A program made the position numbers and the translations under genes. A stretch of DNA of 64,000 nucleotides from Candidatus Micrarchaeota archaeon (GTDB taxonomy: Archaea; Micrarchaeota; Micrarchaeia; Norongarragalinales; SBBD01): NCBI GenBank assembly GCA_016212475.1, contig JACRGC010000016.1, positions 9,824 to 73,823 of the forward strand, written 5' to 3'. Each line of letters begins with the position of its first letter. Within the stretch, counting starts at the first letter, position 1. Of this stretch, positions 28,985 to 37,857 are shown piece by piece. Under the pieces are notes generated by a model that was not told the DNA's origin, did no database searches, and saw only the letters and a program-made list of their open reading frames with translations.

Positions 28985-30319
28985 ATGAAAAAAGTTTTAC
29001 TCGTAGCGCTTGGATCAACCGCACGGGCAGATTGCCTAGCGCATGCAATACATAAAAGCCATGATTCCGAGCTCCACTCCTTCATCCAAAGCAAAAACCC
29101 ATCCGTGATGCATCTTTCAAAATCCCACCAAATAGGGAAATTGGATGATTTTTCCGCAATCAAAAAATATGCCAAGCAAGTCAAGCCTGATTTAGCAATC
29201 ATTTCGCCCGACTACGCAATTGCAATTGGGGTTGCTGATATCCTCTCAGAACTTAACATTCCAGTTTTTGCACCCAAAAAATCACTTGCCCGTCTAGAAA
29301 GCTCAAAATCATTCACACGCAGGCTTTTGGAAAAATACCAAATTGCCGGATCTCCCGAGCACAAGGTTTTCGAATCCCTTGAAGGCATACGCGATTACAT
29401 GCTCTACCTGAAGGATTTTGTCGTAAAGCCAGATGGGCTAACCGGCGGAAAAGGCGTAAAAGTTTTTGGCGAGCACATGAAAACAATTGATGAGGCAGTT
29501 GATTACTGCACGGAAATTTTCAGCTCCAAAGGGATCGTAGTAATTGAGGAAAAATTAATCGGCGAAGAATTTAGCATTCAATTCTTTACGGATGGAAAAG
29601 TGTGCCTCCCTTCCCCAATAGTTCAGGATCACAAACGCGCATTTGATGGCGATTTGGGGCCAAATACCGGTGGAATGGGTTCCTATTCTTCCTCAAACCA
29701 TCTTTTGCCCTTCTTAACAAAAGAACATTTGCAAGACGCCCAGCACATAACCAACAAGGTCGCCTTTGCACTAAAAGAAGAGTTCCATGAATACTTCTGC
29801 GGAATCATGTACGGCGGATTCATGCTAACTGCTGATGGAGTTAAGCTAATAGAATACAACGCAAGGTTTGGGGACCCCGAAATTATGAACATTTTGCCAA
29901 TTCTTAAAAATGATTTTGTGGAAGTTTGCGAGGCTGCAACGCAAGGAAGGCTCGATAAGATAAAACTAATATTTGAGGAAAAAGCAACAGTTGTAAAATA
30001 CGCAGTCCCCGAAGGCTACCCTGAAAACCCCAAAAAAGGAGAGGTAATTGACATTTCCGAGTTTGCCAACACCACAGCCAAATACTATTTAGGCGCAGTT
30101 GAGGAATTCGATTCCCATTACCCCTGGAAGCTAAAAATGGGAACTTCGAGGGCAATTGCAACGGTTGGAATTGCCAACACGGTTGAGGAAGCAGAAGCCA
30201 TTGCCGAGCATTCCGTCCGGATGATCCGCGGGCCGGTTTTCCATAGGAAGGACATTGGCACAAAAGAGCTGCTGCAAAGAAGGGTTGATCACATGGCGCA
30301 AGTTAGGTTAAAAAAATGA
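28985..30319 (+). CDS. purD: Phosphoribosylamine--glycine ligase
   Basis: ATP-grasp GARS motifs VVKPDGLTGGKGVKVF, GPNTGGMGSY and IEYNARFGDPE. Confidence 0.92.
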   Translation: MKKVLLVALGSTARADCLAHAIHKSHDSELHSFIQSKNPSVMHLSKSHQIGKLDDFSAIKKYAKQVKPDLAIISPDYAIAIGVADILSELNIPVFAPKKSLARLESSKSFTRRLLEKYQIAGSPEHKVFESLEGIRDYMLYLKDFVVKPDGLTGGKGVKVFGEHMKTIDEAVDYCTEIFSSKGIVVIEEKLIGEEFSIQFFTDGKVCLPSPIVQDHKRAFDGDLGPNTGGMGSYSSSNHLLPFLTKEHLQDAQHITNKVAFALKEEFHEYFCGIMYGGFMLTADGVKLIEYNARFGDPEIMNILPILKNDFVEVCEAATQGRLDKIKLIFEEKATVVKYAVPEGYPENPKKGEVIDISEFANTTAKYYLGAVEEFDSHYPWKLKMGTSRAIATVGIANTVEEAEAIAEHSVRMIRGPVFHRKDIGTKELLQRRVDHMAQVRLKK

Positions 30320-30518
30320 TAAATTCCAAAGAAAAGGCTTTCGAAGAAATGGCAAAATGGGGGACCGCACATGTCAAAGCAAAAGGGCTGAAGCCTTCCC
30401 CAAAAGAAATAGTTAGGAAGCAGCATGGGAAAAAGTGATTTTTTAAGGGTTTAAATGCACCAAAACCTTTTAGTTGCTTTGTGCCTATATTGATTCGGAG
30501 GCATAGCGAGGGAGTAAA

Positions 30519-30713
30519 ATGAGCAAGAATTTTGAATGGTACATAAATGCCAATTTGGAGCATGACGCTGGCAATTGGATAGTTATAATTGACGAAAAAA
30601 TTGTGGCAAGTGGAATTGACTTGAAAAGCCTGCTTGAAGAAACCGACAGGAAATTCCCGCATAAGGAATCCTTGATTGCAAGGATCCCAACCAAGGACAC
30701 ACTAATTCTCTAA
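30519..30713 (+). CDS. DUF5678-like small protein
   Basis: 64 aa. The GNWIVIIDEKIVASG...LLEE...KFP pattern is paralogous to 38979..39194. Lies upstream of an aspartic protease gene. Confidence 0.6.
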   Translation: MSKNFEWYINANLEHDAGNWIVIIDEKIVASGIDLKSLLEETDRKFPHKESLIARIPTKDTLIL

Positions 30714-30726
30714 GCTGGGTGATTGC

Positions 30727-31161
30727 ATGCGTTTTACATTCAAATACAGGAAGGCTAATGATAAATCGGGAAACAAAATCCTTCGCCCCGAAATAGAGGT
30801 AAAATTGGCAAATGGCTCAAAATCCCAAAAAGCAGTTGCCTTGCTTGATTCAGGAGCGGATACCTGCTTTATCCCAAGGGTTTTAGCAGAAAGGCTGGGC
30901 CTTGGGCTTGATGGCAAACCAACAATTACCAAAGGTGTTGGGGGCAAAATAGGGGTTTTTGAATCAACAATTAACATAGAAATTTCAGGAGGGCATGAAA
31001 AAGCAATACTGGAAAATGTTCCGGTTACAATCCCAAAAGAAGATGGTGAAACCGCCTGGATATTGCTTGGCAGGGCTGTTTTTTTCGAATATTTTGAAAT
31101 CAATTTCAGGCAGGCTGCCGACCAGATTGTCCTTAAGAAAGCGGAAGCGTCGCCTTACTGA
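30727..31161 (+). CDS. Retropepsin-like (clan AA) aspartic protease
   Basis: Catalytic LLDSGADTCFIP, and ILLGRAVF near the C-terminus. 144 aa. Confidence 0.8.
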   Translation: MRFTFKYRKANDKSGNKILRPEIEVKLANGSKSQKAVALLDSGADTCFIPRVLAERLGLGLDGKPTITKGVGGKIGVFESTINIEISGGHEKAILENVPVTIPKEDGETAWILLGRAVFFEYFEINFRQAADQIVLKKAEASPY

Positions 31162-31213
31162 AAAAATTAAAAACTTCTTTTTAATGGCAATTATTAGTTT
31201 ATCTTTGAAAAAA

Positions 31214-31840
31214 CTATTTTACTTCCTTATTCCTTTTTTTAAGTGCAAGCTTCTGGACTTCCAATAGGAATTTCCTTACGTGCTCTTTTTGTTCAACTTT
31301 TTTCAGGTTTGATGGAAAATTCATATCTGCCTGCTCTTCAACCCAGTTTAAATTTTTCCTGCTCAATTTTTTATCATTAACATAGTCGGCGATGATTTTT
31401 TCATGTTTTGGAGAATGTGTTTTGAATAAGTTGGATCCGGATTTTGGGGTGAATTTTTTTACGAGTGCGTTGAACTTAGGGTTTGATTTTGCAACCTTTA
31501 GCCAATTCTCAAATGGCGCCCTGCGATCCGCATACCTCCCTTCTTTTTTGTATGTCCGTCTGTCTTTTGTTATTTCTGCTTCTTTTAATTCTTCTTGGAT
31601 AAAATAATCCCTAACTCCTTTTACCGAATCCATATGAACCGCCGTATCCTTTCGTTCTTTTGGCGAGCCATACTCGAATTTCCTCCTTTCACTTGGCAAG
31701 TCATGGATGGTAAGATGATAAACATGTGCTCCAATCTGCTCGAGCTCTTGAGGTAGTTGCCTTGGAAACCTAAATCCCCCCATTGGATGTAATTTCATGA
31801 CTTGTTCAATGCGCTTTGTTTCCACAGGTTTTACTGGCAT
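31214..31840 (-). CDS. Hypothetical basic protein
   Basis: 208-aa ORF with an ATG start. Lys/Arg-rich. I recognise no motif. Confidence 0.55.
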   Translation of the reverse strand: MPVKPVETKRIEQVMKLHPMGGFRFPRQLPQELEQIGAHVYHLTIHDLPSERRKFEYGSPKERKDTAVHMDSVKGVRDYFIQEELKEAEITKDRRTYKKEGRYADRRAPFENWLKVAKSNPKFNALVKKFTPKSGSNLFKTHSPKHEKIIADYVNDKKLSRKNLNWVEEQADMNFPSNLKKVEQKEHVRKFLLEVQKLALKKRNKEVK

Positions 31841-31901
31841 ATAATCGCCTCAATTAATTGTTATTCGGAATAAATATACGCCCTTATATGAGTTTAACCC
31901 G

Positions 31902-32021
31902 TCAAGGCTGCTTCCACTCAATCTCATATATGCAAATTCAAATAGAGGGGGATCAGGAAGACCTTCAAACTGAGGGGGATACTTCCCCCGCGGTTCAGGG
32001 TTGTTTCCACTCAATCTCATA
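31902..32021 (-). repeat. Direct duplication of the endA 3' end (27 nt, 93-nt offset) bracketing a 66-nt insert
   Basis: 31995-32021 and 31902-31928 match at 24 of 27 nt. Both encode YEIEWKQP-stop, and all 3 differences are synonymous. The insert carries GAGGGGGAT twice (31945, 31972) and the hairpin GGGGGA-TACT-TCCCCC (31974-31989). Confidence 0.8.
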
Positions 32022-33161
32022 GTATTCGTATTTGCTTTTCGGCAGCTCAATCCGTTTTACTCTGTAGTAGGTGATGCTGGTTTCCCTATCGCAAATTGCC
32101 AAAATTAAGTCCAATCCAAAGCTCTTTGCCTTCTGGATGGATTCTGCTAGTTCTTCGCCACCGATTTCCTCCTCTTCACTAAGAGCTAGCATCAAAAATT
32201 TGGGTTTATCCTCCTTTGGATTTTCAATTAGCCCTCCTTTCTTCCGGTGATACAAAACAAAATCCAATTCGCCCGCCTGCTGCTTTTTTTCCCCAGGAAT
32301 TGCCAAAATAAATGTCTTCTTGACTCCGTGCGCAACCCTAATTGCCCTGCTCCACTCCGAAATCAGCATTTTTGCATCCCTTGGAAAAACATGGATCACA
32401 TGCTTTGAGTGCATCCACTCCTCAATTGCAAGGGTTGGAGCGGCCCCCGGGAAATACAACCTGAAATGCGTTCCAAACTTAAATCCGCTTTTAACAACAA
32501 ACCCCCGAAGCCTCCAATCCTCATAAACCTCATAAAGCGCAAGGAAATCATTCCTTCGTTTCGAGCATTCCTTGATCAGCTTCTTATCCGAAATATTCGC
32601 CTTCATATTTCCATGCTTAATCAGGAATAGCGTCTCATACGCATCCAATTTCAAAAGCCTTCCATGCTTTTTTGCCTTATACGTTCCATGCTGGCCAAAC
32701 CAGGTTGCCTCATAAATCACTTTCCCTTCCTCATCATCATCAATTATGGACATCAAATCATCGCTGAAAAAAAGCGCCCTTGCCTTCACATCAATTGGCG
32801 CAAATTCCTTGTATGGGTATTTTATTACCGGCGATCTTCCATAGTTCTCTTTAGCTTCCTCAATTCCCCTTGCAATAATTCCCCTATCCCTCCAATCCCT
32901 ATAGCAAAAATAGCGCGCTAAAAATTTCTTATTATCAATGAATTGTCTGGCCACCATATTGAATGAAATTTCCTTCCCATTCTTTGTTACAGTAGCATTC
33001 CTAACATCCATCAAATAAAGCGCCTCTTCTGGCATTAGAATCAGCTGTGTTTTCTTGCCTTGGTATTCCTTCCCAAAAAAGCCCCGATCAAGCGCCTGCA
33101 CGGAAATTAGATCCCGAACAATTATGGATCCATCATTTTCCAATTCTAGTGTAACTGCCAT
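31995..33161 (-). CDS. endA: tRNA-splicing endonuclease, multi-unit single polypeptide
   Basis: The catalytic unit is YEDWRLRGFVVKSGFKFGTHFRLYFPG...HSKHVIHV...AHGVKKTF, carrying the Y/H/K triad. A degenerate N-terminal unit (YRDWRDRGIIARG) and an extra C-terminal unit flank it. The ATG at 33161 is preceded by GGAGGAG. Confidence 0.85.
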   Translation of the reverse strand: MAVTLELENDGSIIVRDLISVQALDRGFFGKEYQGKKTQLILMPEEALYLMDVRNATVTKNGKEISFNMVARQFIDNKKFLARYFCYRDWRDRGIIARGIEEAKENYGRSPVIKYPYKEFAPIDVKARALFFSDDLMSIIDDDEEGKVIYEATWFGQHGTYKAKKHGRLLKLDAYETLFLIKHGNMKANISDKKLIKECSKRRNDFLALYEVYEDWRLRGFVVKSGFKFGTHFRLYFPGAAPTLAIEEWMHSKHVIHVFPRDAKMLISEWSRAIRVAHGVKKTFILAIPGEKKQQAGELDFVLYHRKKGGLIENPKEDKPKFLMLALSEEEEIGGEELAESIQKAKSFGLDLILAICDRETSITYYRVKRIELPKSKYEYYEIEWKQP

Positions 33162-33308
33162 ATTGCAAATCTCCTCCAAGCTGCTTCCAAAGGGAGGCAA
33201 GTGCTTGTTTAAAGTTATAACTAGAATATGAATTAAATGCTAATAAACGCTTCGGGCAATCAAAACAGACTAGCGGTTTGGGTTCTAAATGCCTTCCTAA
33301 AAAAAGCT

Positions 33309-33677
33309 TCAATTGTTCTTCTTCCTTGAGTTTTTGCCCTTTTTGGAAGCAACTTCATTATCCGCGTGGGATAACTCCTTTGCAATGTTCCTAAGCCCCA
33401 AGAAGAACTCCCCTTCAAAAATCATCCCAATTGAAATGATCCCAAAAAGCGAACCTATCATGAACCAGTGGAAAAGCTTATCACTTAGGAAAAAATCATA
33501 CTGCTGGACATAATAGCCAAATTGGCTCCCCAAATACCAGTAAATAAAACCAATGAAAAATGTTGAGAGCAAAACAATCATTCCCCTCCATTTGATGTTA
33601 TACCACTCCTCGCGGTATTTGTGCGCAACTTTGTACGCCCTCATAAGCTCTTTTACTTGTCCCATGTTCTCAACCAA
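33309..33677 (-). CDS. Small membrane protein, hypothetical
   Basis: 122 aa with 2-3 hydrophobic helices and a basic C-terminus. Confidence 0.5.
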   Translation of the reverse strand: MVENMGQVKELMRAYKVAHKYREEWYNIKWRGMIVLLSTFFIGFIYWYLGSQFGYYVQQYDFFLSDKLFHWFMIGSLFGIISIGMIFEGEFFLGLRNIAKELSHADNEVASKKGKNSRKKNN

Positions 33678-33812
33678 ATATGTTAATTTATCCCTCCTTA
33701 TTAAAGATTATGTGTGAATGCCCGAATTCCTACTCCTTGCTCCTTTTCATTTCCAATCCAAGTTGGCTCTATTTCCAATTCCTAATCATTCCCAATCCAC
33801 TTATCCATTCCT

Positions 33813-34094
33813 CTACCTCTTCTTGAAAAACGGCAAAACCAAAGGCAGCAAGTAAAGCAAACCGCCGTAAACAAGCATGTAAAGAATAAAGATTGCGCCT
33901 CCTGCAATCGGGTATTGGAACACAAGATAATAGATCAGGATGCCGGCAACCGACATTGTAAGAATTGGGGAAAACGCCAGATGATCCCTTGCCCACTGGT
34001 AGAAGAAATAAGCCAAAACAAAAAGCCAAAGGAACCAGAAGGTGGACGCCCAAAACACAATATCATCAATTATCCCAAGCATAGCCAATTCCAT
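33813..34094 (-). CDS. Small polytopic membrane protein, hypothetical
   Basis: 93 aa, almost entirely hydrophobic helices. Confidence 0.5.
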   Translation of the reverse strand: MELAMLGIIDDIVFWASTFWFLWLFVLAYFFYQWARDHLAFSPILTMSVAGILIYYLVFQYPIAGGAIFILYMLVYGGLLYLLPLVLPFFKKR

Positions 34095-34176
34095 ATTCCA
34101 ACCACTTGAAAATCATTCGTTTATCCTGCATTCAGAAAATCAATTATTTTCCATTATTCCTTTTCATTTCCGTGCC

Positions 34177-34644
34177 TTATATGTAATGCCTTTGCATCCT
34201 CTCTTGCATCTTCTTATTGTAATTCGCATCCTTCTTTTGCTGCGCTTCCAGCCATCTTTCCTCCATCTCCTCCAATTCCAGCCCATTTTGCAATTTCTTC
34301 TGGATCTCCTGCATCTTCTTTTGCTCGGCAACCTCCGGATGCTCAAGCTCGATTCCAAATATCCTAAGCAATGGGTATAATCCGAATTGGATAAGAAACT
34401 GCAAGTGCGCGCCCATTGTGAAGAATATCACAAATATGACCACAAGGAAAATCGTAGGTATCGGCTGGTAGAGCAAGAAGTATGCTGCAATCAATGTGGC
34501 TATTCCAAAAAGGAGCTGGGATTCTCTTAGCTGCATATAAAGATAGAATTCGATGTAGGCAAACACGAATACCTTGATTACGAAATCAAAATCTTCCAGT
34601 ATCCCAAGAAGCGGCAAAACGGAAAATAAGGAAAACGGCTCCAT
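34177..34644 (-). CDS. Membrane protein with a charged C-terminal tail, hypothetical
   Basis: 155 aa. It has 3-4 TM helices followed by a K/E/Q-rich tail. Confidence 0.5.
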   Translation of the reverse strand: MEPFSLFSVLPLLGILEDFDFVIKVFVFAYIEFYLYMQLRESQLLFGIATLIAAYFLLYQPIPTIFLVVIFVIFFTMGAHLQFLIQFGLYPLLRIFGIELEHPEVAEQKKMQEIQKKLQNGLELEEMEERWLEAQQKKDANYNKKMQERMQRHYI

Positions 34645-34699
34645 GTTTGTTCGTTAACAGATAGGATTTACGGGTTAAAAAGGTTCACTTAAAGCGAAT

Positions 34700-35698
34700 C
34701 TAAGTGTAATCCTTTGGTTGCTTTAATTTGATTTTCGAGGGCAATTTCCCAGCAATTTGGCGCACTACATAATCTGCATCTGACCTGCGTATAGCCTGCG
34801 GCCCCCTGTAAATCGATTTTAATATCTTTAGTCCTTCTTCCCTTGTAATGTGCTGTCTAGTGTTTCCTTGAAGGTCGTGAGCCAATATCCATAACGGATT
34901 AAGTTTTGCGCTTCTATTAAGGATTCCGCGGCTGTTTCCAGGAAAATTTACATGCTCACTAGGATCCAAATAGGGCATTTGAATATGTTTGTAATACTTG
35001 TTGAAGACAAGCAGCCTATTTCTTTTCAAGGATAACTCCGCTAACTCTTTTTGCTGATCCAATGAAAGTTCCTTAGTGGATGATTTTAGGCTTTGCCATT
35101 TTTTTAGCGCTGAAGAATTGAACGGATCCACTTCAGCAACAATATATTTTGAACCGCTTGCCTTGGCTAGTTCTTGCCTTTTTTGGAAAAGGAGGTCGTA
35201 AATTCCCTTTTCCCTGTAATCTTTCCTAACCGCGGCATATTCGGCAAGTGCAATTGGTGTAGGCAAATCTTTCCTTTGTATGGATGCTTGCATTGTTGCA
35301 TATCCGACCAACTCCGGTTTTGCCTGATTTCCTTTATATGCTGCAATAAAATGATAATCCGATGATTTCCTTCCTCCCCTATTCTGACCAAAGGAACCTT
35401 TCCATGCGGCAAATTCCTGCCTTTCTTCAGCTGGAAAATCCTTTTTCCAACTGCGAAGAGTTTGAGCTAATAAATTACGTTCAAGTTTTTTTTGAGGGGA
35501 GAGGGATTGCATAAGGTTTCTTCGTTGGAGTGCTGTAAATTTCCCCCATTGCTTTGAACTTCGCGAAATAAAATCAGGATGCAATAAGACATTTCTAAAA
35601 TTGATTATTTCCCCGTCCCTAAGTTTAACCTTCTCTTCGAATTCCTTAAGGTTTTTCTTCACTTGGCCAAGTCTTGGTCTCCTTCCTTGTTCTTGCAT
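34700..35698 (-). CDS. GNAT-like protein, paralog A
   Basis: Starts MQEQGRRPRLG, parallel to paralog B. The core DYHFIAAYKG...LVGYATM...ALAEYAAV..YREKGIY..L.QKRQELAKASGSKYIVAEVD looks like acetyl-CoA-binding motif A of the GNAT fold. Confidence 0.55.
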   Translation of the reverse strand: MQEQGRRPRLGQVKKNLKEFEEKVKLRDGEIINFRNVLLHPDFISRSSKQWGKFTALQRRNLMQSLSPQKKLERNLLAQTLRSWKKDFPAEERQEFAAWKGSFGQNRGGRKSSDYHFIAAYKGNQAKPELVGYATMQASIQRKDLPTPIALAEYAAVRKDYREKGIYDLLFQKRQELAKASGSKYIVAEVDPFNSSALKKWQSLKSSTKELSLDQQKELAELSLKRNRLLVFNKYYKHIQMPYLDPSEHVNFPGNSRGILNRSAKLNPLWILAHDLQGNTRQHITREEGLKILKSIYRGPQAIRRSDADYVVRQIAGKLPSKIKLKQPKDYT

Positions 35699-35740
35699 TT
35701 TTACCGCTTTTTTATTCAAAATTGATAATTGTCGCAAACT

Positions 35741-36781
35741 TCACTCAATTTTCAATCTTTCAATTTTTTTCGGATCGAGCTTTCGAAATCGATCCCTGAT
35801 GCTTTTTTCAAGTTCAGGGTATTCGTGGAATAACGTCATCAATCCGGGATAAGCCTGAACCTCTACCAAAGCCATATCGAACCTTTTTGTTTTGGGATTC
35901 CAGGCAGGTGCCAAATCAACTGCCCAGCCGTGCCGAAGGAATGTCTTTTCCCTATCCCTAATGAAAGGATCATTTGCAGCCAAGCCTTCCTGGATGGACG
36001 CTGCCGAAAATGGTTTCCTAATTAAATGCGAAGTAAAGCGATGCAAGTTTGTGCTTAATCTTCCTGCAATTTTTGCCGCTGCCTCTTTCCATTCAAGTGC
36101 AAGCCGCATGGCTTCTTTTTCAGTATGGCCGCCATATTGGATGTAAAGTTTTGCCATCGAATCCTCAACCTTGCTTTTTTGGGCATTCGTATAGCCAACC
36201 GATCTTGTAAGATTGTGCCCAATTAGTGCAACCGATCCAACTATTTCCCTCCTTCCTTTGGTAAAAGGAACGTAAAAATGGCGGGTTTCAACAACGTTGC
36301 GCCCATCCAATTTTGCAGGATTGTAATTTGTTTCTATTATCCATTGGCGGTCATGTGGTTTTGGGACCCATTCCTCCTTTACCGTCCTTCGCCTAAGGGC
36401 TTTAATCCTATCCAAAGCAGTTTTTCCCGTCCAGGTATTGTTAGTTGAAGGATGCTTCAAAACATATTGGCCGTCCTTTTTTGATAAGAAAAATGTTTGG
36501 GTTCCATATGTTGCGTATGGAAAAGAATGCTTTAGGACAAGCATTTTGCCATTTTCCAGGACATTATGCATTTCCTTAGGGATGTTTTTCAAAGACCCTT
36601 TGAATTCAGCAAATTCGGGCTGGACTAAACTATACCTATTCCCATTTACCTTTGAATTGATTTTAGATCCTTTTGAAATGAATTCCCTAAGCTCAAGCTT
36701 GCTAAGAAACCCACCTTCCCTGAACAATTCGTGTTGTTTGAGTTTTTCCCTAAGAGGCAATTCCATGAAAATCAGCTTCAA
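35741..36781 (-). CDS. Hypothetical protein, possibly ATP-grasp-like
   Basis: 346 aa. The C-terminal GWAVDLAPAWNPKTKRFDMALVEVQAYPGL resembles the ATP-grasp G.D....vlEvN..PG motif, with Q in place of N. The call is weak. Confidence 0.5.
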   Translation of the reverse strand: MKLIFMELPLREKLKQHELFREGGFLSKLELREFISKGSKINSKVNGNRYSLVQPEFAEFKGSLKNIPKEMHNVLENGKMLVLKHSFPYATYGTQTFFLSKKDGQYVLKHPSTNNTWTGKTALDRIKALRRRTVKEEWVPKPHDRQWIIETNYNPAKLDGRNVVETRHFYVPFTKGRREIVGSVALIGHNLTRSVGYTNAQKSKVEDSMAKLYIQYGGHTEKEAMRLALEWKEAAAKIAGRLSTNLHRFTSHLIRKPFSAASIQEGLAANDPFIRDREKTFLRHGWAVDLAPAWNPKTKRFDMALVEVQAYPGLMTLFHEYPELEKSIRDRFRKLDPKKIERLKIE

Positions 36782-36820
36782 TTCCTTCGGAGGTTTTAAT
36801 TTGGGTTAACCCCTATAAAT

Positions 36821-37852
36821 TTACCTTTTCCTAAACGGCCTAAGCAAATCCCTTGGATCATGAAATCTTACTTCTTGGGGTATTTTGCCTTTGAAAAATT
36901 TATCCATTATGTACTTTACGTCCATCCTTTGCACATCCTGTGGGCCGGAATACATGCTATAAAGAACGTTCGAAACCTGTTTTTGATTTAGCTTATCAAT
37001 TGGTTTTTTTGTAAGGTTTATCATATACAAATCCAAAGGGTTCAATTTGCCGTCCCTATTCAATTTTCCCTGCCCCTCTCCCGGAAAACTTACGTGTTCA
37101 CTTGGATCAAGATAAGGTGCATTGGCTGGCAAATCAATTCTCCTATAGCCCAATTTAGTCATGAGTCCAACCCTTGTCCTTTTTTCATTCAAACCTGCAA
37201 GTTCCTCCTTTTCCGACTGTGAAGGATTTGTTGTATTTTTCAATTGTTGCCATCTTCCATTTTCACGGTTTCCGTATTTATCAATTTCGGCAACTAGGTA
37301 TTTTGAACCGGATTTCCTTGCTAATTCGATCCTTTTTTGCAATAATGCCTTGTAAACGCCTGCTTTCCTGGACTCTGGCAAAACCGCCCCATATTCTGCA
37401 AGAGCAAGTGGAACTGGCAATCCTTGGGATGGCCTTGAAGCATGCATGGTGGAATAGCCAACTAATTGCGGATTGGATTTTGGGCCTTTGTATGCCGCAA
37501 CAAAATGATAATCCGCTTTTCCGCTGCCTTTGCGGTTTTGGGAAAAAGAATCAAGCCATGCGCTGAACTCCTGCCTTTCTTCGGAAGGGAATTGTTTTCT
37601 CCATTGCCTAAACGCTTGAGATAGCAAATTCCTTTGGAATTTAATTTCTGGGTGCAAATTCTGTATCAAACCTTTCCTTTGGGTGCCGGTGAGTTTCCCC
37701 CATCTTTCAGATTCCCTTGAAAGAATATCCGGATGCATTTTGATGTTCGCAATATTGTATTTTCCGCCGGTTTTGAATTGCCTGCCTTCTTCAAACTGTT
37801 GAATTCCTGCCCTTGTTTTTCCAAGCCTTGGCATCCTTCCTTGTTCTGGCAT
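36821..37852 (-). CDS. GNAT-like protein, paralog B
   Basis: Starts MPEQGRMPRLG. Collinear with paralog A over its full length (DYHFVAAYKG...LVGYSTM...ALAEYGAV...KAGVY..LLQKRIELARKSGSKYLVAEID). Confidence 0.55.
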   Translation of the reverse strand: MPEQGRMPRLGKTRAGIQQFEEGRQFKTGGKYNIANIKMHPDILSRESERWGKLTGTQRKGLIQNLHPEIKFQRNLLSQAFRQWRKQFPSEERQEFSAWLDSFSQNRKGSGKADYHFVAAYKGPKSNPQLVGYSTMHASRPSQGLPVPLALAEYGAVLPESRKAGVYKALLQKRIELARKSGSKYLVAEIDKYGNRENGRWQQLKNTTNPSQSEKEELAGLNEKRTRVGLMTKLGYRRIDLPANAPYLDPSEHVSFPGEGQGKLNRDGKLNPLDLYMINLTKKPIDKLNQKQVSNVLYSMYSGPQDVQRMDVKYIMDKFFKGKIPQEVRFHDPRDLLRPFRKR

Positions 37853-37857
37853 CAAAA

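Noticed and set aside
28128-29048. 306-aa minus-strand ORF.
   Set aside because: Its Ser/Phe-rich sequence is the mirror image of the K/E-rich coiled-coil gene, and it also overlaps the purD start. This is a typical antisense artefact.
30316-30438. A 40-aa ORF (MINSKEKAFEEMAKWGTAHVKAKGLKPSPKEIVRKQHGKK) whose ATG overlaps the purD stop as ATGA.
   Set aside because: The translational coupling is suggestive. The ORF is too short and featureless to support without conservation or expression data.
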